Below the pieces are notes generated by a model. It was not told where the DNA came from, did not search any database, and saw only the letters and a program-made list of their open reading frames with translations. Shown here piece by piece: positions 59,807 through 64,000 of a stretch of 64,000 nucleotides of DNA. This stretch comes from Bacteroidales bacterium (lineage in GTDB: Bacteria; Bacteroidota; Bacteroidia; Bacteroidales; JAAYUG01). The stretch spans positions 4,948-68,947 of the forward strand of contig JAAYUG010000111.1 in the NCBI GenBank assembly GCA_012517825.1, read 5' to 3'. The translations under genes and the position numbers were made by a program. Numbering within the stretch: the first letter of the stretch is position 1; each line of letters begins with the position of its first letter.

Positions 59807-62227
59807 TTACCTTTCTTTCAGAAACTCAGCCAGGTTGATTTGCCAGGAAATTTTTTCTGTTCCGGTAAAATATAACCTGAGGGTAATGATATGGGGGTGG
59901 GTGATGCGGTAGGAATAGTTTTCCTTATCGTGGTCAAGCGTTGTGCCTCCCTGAATCCATGGATAGGAACCCGGCAGGTATATAAACACGGAATAAGGGT
60001 AGTCCTTAACCCCAAAGGAAGTTCCTGAAAGAATCTGTGTATCTTCATTCCATTCGGTATTTTCAAGTTCCAGGTACCCTTGCAGAATGTGCCGGTTTGT
60101 AGCAATTACCTTGGGTTTTTCGGGTAGTTCATGAATCGACAGAAGAGTGCATCCTGCCGGAGGAATCTGCAGGTCGAGTTCCCCGGAGAATTCGCCTTCC
60201 AGCCTTTCTTCCCAGAAATTAAAAGCAATATATTTTCTGGCAGGATCCAACCAGAGCCGATCGGCAGGAATCGGCCTTTTTATGGTTTGCGTTTCATCGG
60301 GATTGAAAAAAGCTGCCACCGTCCATTCGCCGAAAGGTTTTTTCAGGGAGAGGGCGAAAGCAGAGGGGGTATCGGAGTCGAACAGGTCAACCGGTCTGGC
60401 TCCCTGGCCTGAAGAAGGAAATGCTTTCCGGATGATTTCAATACGGTCGGGCGAAAGGTCAATAAGGCGGTCGCCGCTGATAACGTTTCCTCCGGATATT
60501 CCAATGATAGTGGCAGCTGCCCGTGCCTGCCCCAGGGAGAGGTTACGGGTGCACAGATGATCCACATCGTTGATCCATGTTCGTTTATGAAAATAGTACC
60601 GTTTAGCCCCAGCGGCTGCACTTCCTGTGGGAGTTCCAACATATTGTTTCCAGTTTTCTGTTCGGTAACCGTAATATTGATCAAGTTCGATCCGCATGCT
60701 GTCGATCAGGCCAACGGAGATGGCTCCCGGGCCGCATTCATTGATGTGTACCTTCTCTCCGGCCGCACGGCGGATGATTTCGAACCCCCTGCGGTATGCC
60801 TCGGCACGGGACACGGACGGATCATAATACCGGTAGGCGGAAAGGAGCGACCAGTCAACAAAATCAATTTTCAGCATTTCATATCCCCATTCGTGCACTA
60901 TGGTGCTGAAAAGGTTGAACATCCACTGAGCTGCGCCGGGATGTGTTATGTCGAGGCCATATCGTTTGGGATTTTCATTCCGGGCCCAGTCGGTATCTTC
61001 ACCGGGCCAGGGACCTACCCGTTTCAGCCTGCCGTCTGGATGTTTCAGAAGCCAGTCAGCATGTTGCTGATAAACTTCCGTAGGCTCTGAAATGACGTAA
61101 GGGGCTACCCATAAACCAGGCTTCAGCCCGAACGATTTTATTTTGTCGGCGAGCCATTTCATTCCATGAGGAAACCGGGAATTGCCCTCCCAATCACCGT
61201 GCCAGCGCTGGTACCCTTCATCAATCTGAATGTATTCAAGTCCGCAGGGCTTAAGAATACGGGAGGCCAGCTCTGCATTGCGCACCACTTCTTCCTCAGT
61301 AACGTGTTCATAGGTGTAAAACCAACTGCACCAACCGTTTACAATAGAACTGACTCTGGCATTATTTAACCTCCCCATCAGCGAAGCATATTCCTCAAGG
61401 GTTGAATATGGATCACTACCCACCAGAATAATAAAACGGTTGGAATGAACTTCCTGTCCAGGCTGCAGCATAAACCCCCTGGCCAGGTAGGATTGCAATG
61501 ACAGGCTGATAGCATCGCCGGGAAGCCGACGGACATGAATTTTCCCCTGAGCTTTGAGATTTTCAAGTGCCCCGCATACAAGGGCTTCCTTTTTATAGCC
61601 GCTGAAGAATCCTGCATTCCACCAACTCTGGATAGTGCTTTCATCAGGGGCAGAGAAGGGATAAAGGGTTCCGGGATCGTAATACATAGGCCCGTTGGTA
61701 AGAACTTTTGAGGTTCCTGACCACAGAAGGGATGCAGTATCATTCCCGGCAGGAGTAACAACAAAAAGGCTTTCGATATTAACCGGGACATTGGATTTAT
61801 TGATGAGCGACATGTCCAGAAATATACCGGGATACCTTTTATACAATGTGATGCTGCGGGTGAACGCCCATGGTGAGTTTTTCGCGGAGGAGTAAATAAT
61901 CAGCCGTTTTCCTTCTCCCAACGCATCGCTGATTTTGCTCACTTCAGCCCGATGCCGGAATTCAATCATGTCGGGACGGACTTCCCGGTCTGAGCTTACT
62001 GCCATTGCTGCGCAATCGGGAATCAGAATACTTCCGTCGGTGCGGTGAACAGAAAAACGCCCTGTTTCTTTGTGCAGGTATATGGCAAAGAAATCATTGG
62101 AAAGGATTGGTCCCTTATCAGATGCACCTGACTGACCTGTTTTTGCATCGAGAATATACGGCAGACCAACTGCTGTAACCGGTATTCCCTGAAGGAAGGA
62201 ACGGCGGGAAATGAATTTACCTTGCAT
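59807..62227 (-). CDS. Clan-D alpha-galactosidase-like glycoside hydrolase (GH36-like) with Tat-type signal
   Basis: 806 aa. The N-terminus SRRSFLQGIPVTAVG is a twin-arginine-like signal. EYIQIDEGYQRWHGDWE, GLKPGLWVAPY and EMLKIDFVDW resemble melibiase-type catalytic motifs. Confidence 0.6.
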   Translation of the reverse strand: MQGKFISRRSFLQGIPVTAVGLPYILDAKTGQSGASDKGPILSNDFFAIYLHKETGRFSVHRTDGSILIPDCAAMAVSSDREVRPDMIEFRHRAEVSKISDALGEGKRLIIYSSAKNSPWAFTRSITLYKRYPGIFLDMSLINKSNVPVNIESLFVVTPAGNDTASLLWSGTSKVLTNGPMYYDPGTLYPFSAPDESTIQSWWNAGFFSGYKKEALVCGALENLKAQGKIHVRRLPGDAISLSLQSYLARGFMLQPGQEVHSNRFIILVGSDPYSTLEEYASLMGRLNNARVSSIVNGWCSWFYTYEHVTEEEVVRNAELASRILKPCGLEYIQIDEGYQRWHGDWEGNSRFPHGMKWLADKIKSFGLKPGLWVAPYVISEPTEVYQQHADWLLKHPDGRLKRVGPWPGEDTDWARNENPKRYGLDITHPGAAQWMFNLFSTIVHEWGYEMLKIDFVDWSLLSAYRYYDPSVSRAEAYRRGFEIIRRAAGEKVHINECGPGAISVGLIDSMRIELDQYYGYRTENWKQYVGTPTGSAAAGAKRYYFHKRTWINDVDHLCTRNLSLGQARAAATIIGISGGNVISGDRLIDLSPDRIEIIRKAFPSSGQGARPVDLFDSDTPSAFALSLKKPFGEWTVAAFFNPDETQTIKRPIPADRLWLDPARKYIAFNFWEERLEGEFSGELDLQIPPAGCTLLSIHELPEKPKVIATNRHILQGYLELENTEWNEDTQILSGTSFGVKDYPYSVFIYLPGSYPWIQGGTTLDHDKENYSYRITHPHIITLRLYFTGTEKISWQINLAEFLKER

Positions 62228-62383
62228 AGGAACATGTGTTTTTTATAAATTGAGTACAGCTAAAAAACAGAACATGCAAAATAATCAATTATTCCTTTCC
62301 GTAACCGGCCTTTCTTTGTTTTAATCGCATGGAATGCTTTCCGGTTGTCAACCCGGGGACTCTTCCGTTCCAAAGCTTATTAA

Positions 62384-62634
62384 ACATCCGATCAGGGTTT
62401 TTATCCTGGGGAACATGGATGGTTTGATAAGCGGTTTATGTACGAAGAATCATACCGCACACCCTGCTGGTTGCATGGCCGGGTGTACCCAAACCCGGCA
62501 GTGTGTCCAAGGAAATGGTGTCTTACCCCGATGTTGCTGAAACATTTCTGGAAATGGCCGTAATTCCTGACCCCGATGATATACAGGGTATGAGGATGGT
62601 GCCTTCTCGATTCCATCATGCAGAGATTTGGTGA
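62384..62634 (+). pseudogene. Sulfatase gene relic (C-terminal core fragment with a 1-nt frameshift)
   Basis: Frame A: [27 protein letters not shown]. After a missing base at about 62462-62465, the next frame reads [42 protein letters not shown]. There is no N-terminal catalytic part, and a TAA lies immediately upstream. Confidence 0.6.
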
Positions 62635-63097
62635 CTCAAAGGATCTGGCACAAAGTTTTCTGCCCGCAGCCAAATAATTCTTATGCTTGAATTCTGGTTT
62701 CGTTGCCTACCCGCAGAATATCAGGGCAACAATTCAAACACCACGATTACAGCACCTAATTAATTAATGGTCTGTTCCCCTGTTGAACCCCTGTTGCAGA
62801 TGAGGGAATATGCAATGGACTCAGGAATCTGCTTTTGCTTCGTTTCAGCGGAGTGAACCTGATGAACAGGGGAAAGTACAATATCCTTCTGCATAGGTTG
62901 GCTAATGCTCCCGGCATGCACACACACCTGAAGGCAAGGACCGGTAATTAGCGTTTTCGGTGGTGTCAGGTATAATAGAAAAATTAATTAAATGTTATGC
63001 AACATATTAAAAATTTTTAAAAAGATATTGTAACAAAATAAAAAATATTTATTTTAGCATACTTGATTTTAAGAAATCTAACCAAGCTACCCAGCAG

Positions 63098-64000
63098 ATG
63101 CCCAGGATGTTCATCAGCGGTCCGGAGCAAAATAAAAACCGCCTTAAGAAGAGGCTGTTGCATCAATTGTATATAGCCGGACAGGCTTCCATACCGCAGA
63201 TGGCCAGGATGCTGGGCGTAAGTATACCTACTGTAAAAAACCTGATTGTTGAGCTGCTGGAAAGCGATGAAGTTAAGTCAGCCGGTATTGGTGAATCAAA
63301 CGGGGGCCGGAAGCCGGAGTTATATGAACTTCAGAGCGGAAGGTTCCATGTGGTAGCCTGTGATATGGGCCGCTACATGGCCACAATGGCTGTCTATAAC
63401 TGCCGGAACCAGCAGGTAGGCAATGCATTAAAGATCAGGACAAATTACGACGATCCGGATTTAATCGAGAAGTTGGTTGAGAACTACTACAGGATTATAA
63501 AAGAAAACAATCTTGGGGTACAGCATATTTACGGTTTTGGAATTGATATGCCGGGTCTCATTGATTCGAAGCATGGAATCAATTACACGATAAAGAACCG
63601 CAGGAATCAGAACATCAGAAAAGCTCTGGAGAAGCACATCAGCACCTATATTTATATAGACAATGATGCCCGGATGCAGGCTTTCGGCGAATTAAGATTT
63701 GGCAAGGCAAAGGGGAAGAAGGATGTGATCAGGGTGCACTGGAGTTGGGGTCTTGGTCTGGGTATGATTCTTGACGGGAAGCTTTACAGCGGTTCGACAG
63801 GATTTGCGGGAGAATTGAGTCATATTAAGCTGGAGGATGGAGGCGAATTGTGCATTTGCGGAAAGAGAGGATGTCTTGAAACGGAAGGTTCGGCAACCAG
63901 CCTGATGCGGGAAGTGCGCAAGGGAGTCATGCAGAATGTTGTTTCCGTATTGACAACCCGCTATAAGGATAATCTGGATGCCATCACACCCGAAATTGTA
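63098..64000 (+). CDS. ROK-family transcriptional regulator (3' end beyond the window)
   Basis: My translation: MPRMFISGPEQNKNRLKKRLLHQLYIAGQASIPQMARMLGVSIPTVKNLIVELLE...DNDARMQAFGE...GFAGELSHIKLEDGGELCICGKRGCLETEGS. This is an N-terminal HTH plus a ROK CxCGxxGC motif. Open to the window end. Confidence 0.85.
   Translation, partial: MPRMFISGPEQNKNRLKKRLLHQLYIAGQASIPQMARMLGVSIPTVKNLIVELLESDEVKSAGIGESNGGRKPELYELQSGRFHVVACDMGRYMATMAVYNCRNQQVGNALKIRTNYDDPDLIEKLVENYYRIIKENNLGVQHIYGFGIDMPGLIDSKHGINYTIKNRRNQNIRKALEKHISTYIYIDNDARMQAFGELRFGKAKGKKDVIRVHWSWGLGLGMILDGKLYSGSTGFAGELSHIKLEDGGELCICGKRGCLETEGSATSLMREVRKGVMQNVVSVLTTRYKDNLDAITPEIV

Noticed and set aside
62401-62673. 90-aa minus-strand ORF
   Set aside because: The opposite strand carries clear sulfatase-derived codons, so the minus ORF is a by-product of that relic.
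1-64000. Prophage, integrative element or defence island
   Set aside because: No integrase, transposase, recombinase, phage structural, restriction-modification or cas-like translations were seen in any frame. No tRNA gene is present that could serve as an attachment site. Composition looks uniform apart from short AT-rich promoters.

Overview
This window looks like a Bacteroidota chromosome segment. Evidence for that: T9SS C-terminal sorting domains, TAnnTTTG-type -7 promoter boxes, a DUF4290-murA pair, and a cysteine-poor L36. The core is one contiguous str-S10-spc-alpha ribosomal superoperon on the + strand (rpsL to rplQ, 15199-32973; includes fusA, secY, map, infA, rpoA; no tuf). Housekeeping genes flank it: murA, a UvrD/PcrA-type helicase, an EF-G paralog, a UbiD-family decarboxylase, ettA, hisS, hutH, tkt and ychF. 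A modest accessory set is also present. It includes a GH42-like hydrolase and a Big_2/CBM-like protein plus a GH9 enzyme, both carrying T9SS sorting domains. It also includes a GH36-like alpha-galactosidase, a serine hydrolase and a VWA/ECF-sigma/anti-sigma operon. A propeller-sensor PP2C phosphatase lies convergent with a hybrid histidine kinase whose ATP-binding boxes look degenerate. Three gene relics are present: an AbiEii-type toxin fragment, a sulfatase fragment, and a frameshifted PadR-linked membrane gene. I saw no rRNA, tRNA, CRISPR array, integrase or transposase. I did not find a convincing new multi-gene (e.g. defence) system. The most unusual signals are non-coding. The first is a tandem pair of composite repeat hairpins at 4769-5081, built from about 10-bp-phased CACATAG units with four inverted CTATGTG units. 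The second is a family of three near-identical ATTGCGCA-N8-TGCGCAAT hairpins in separate intergenic regions. All functional calls come from reading translations and motifs by eye; no database search was run.
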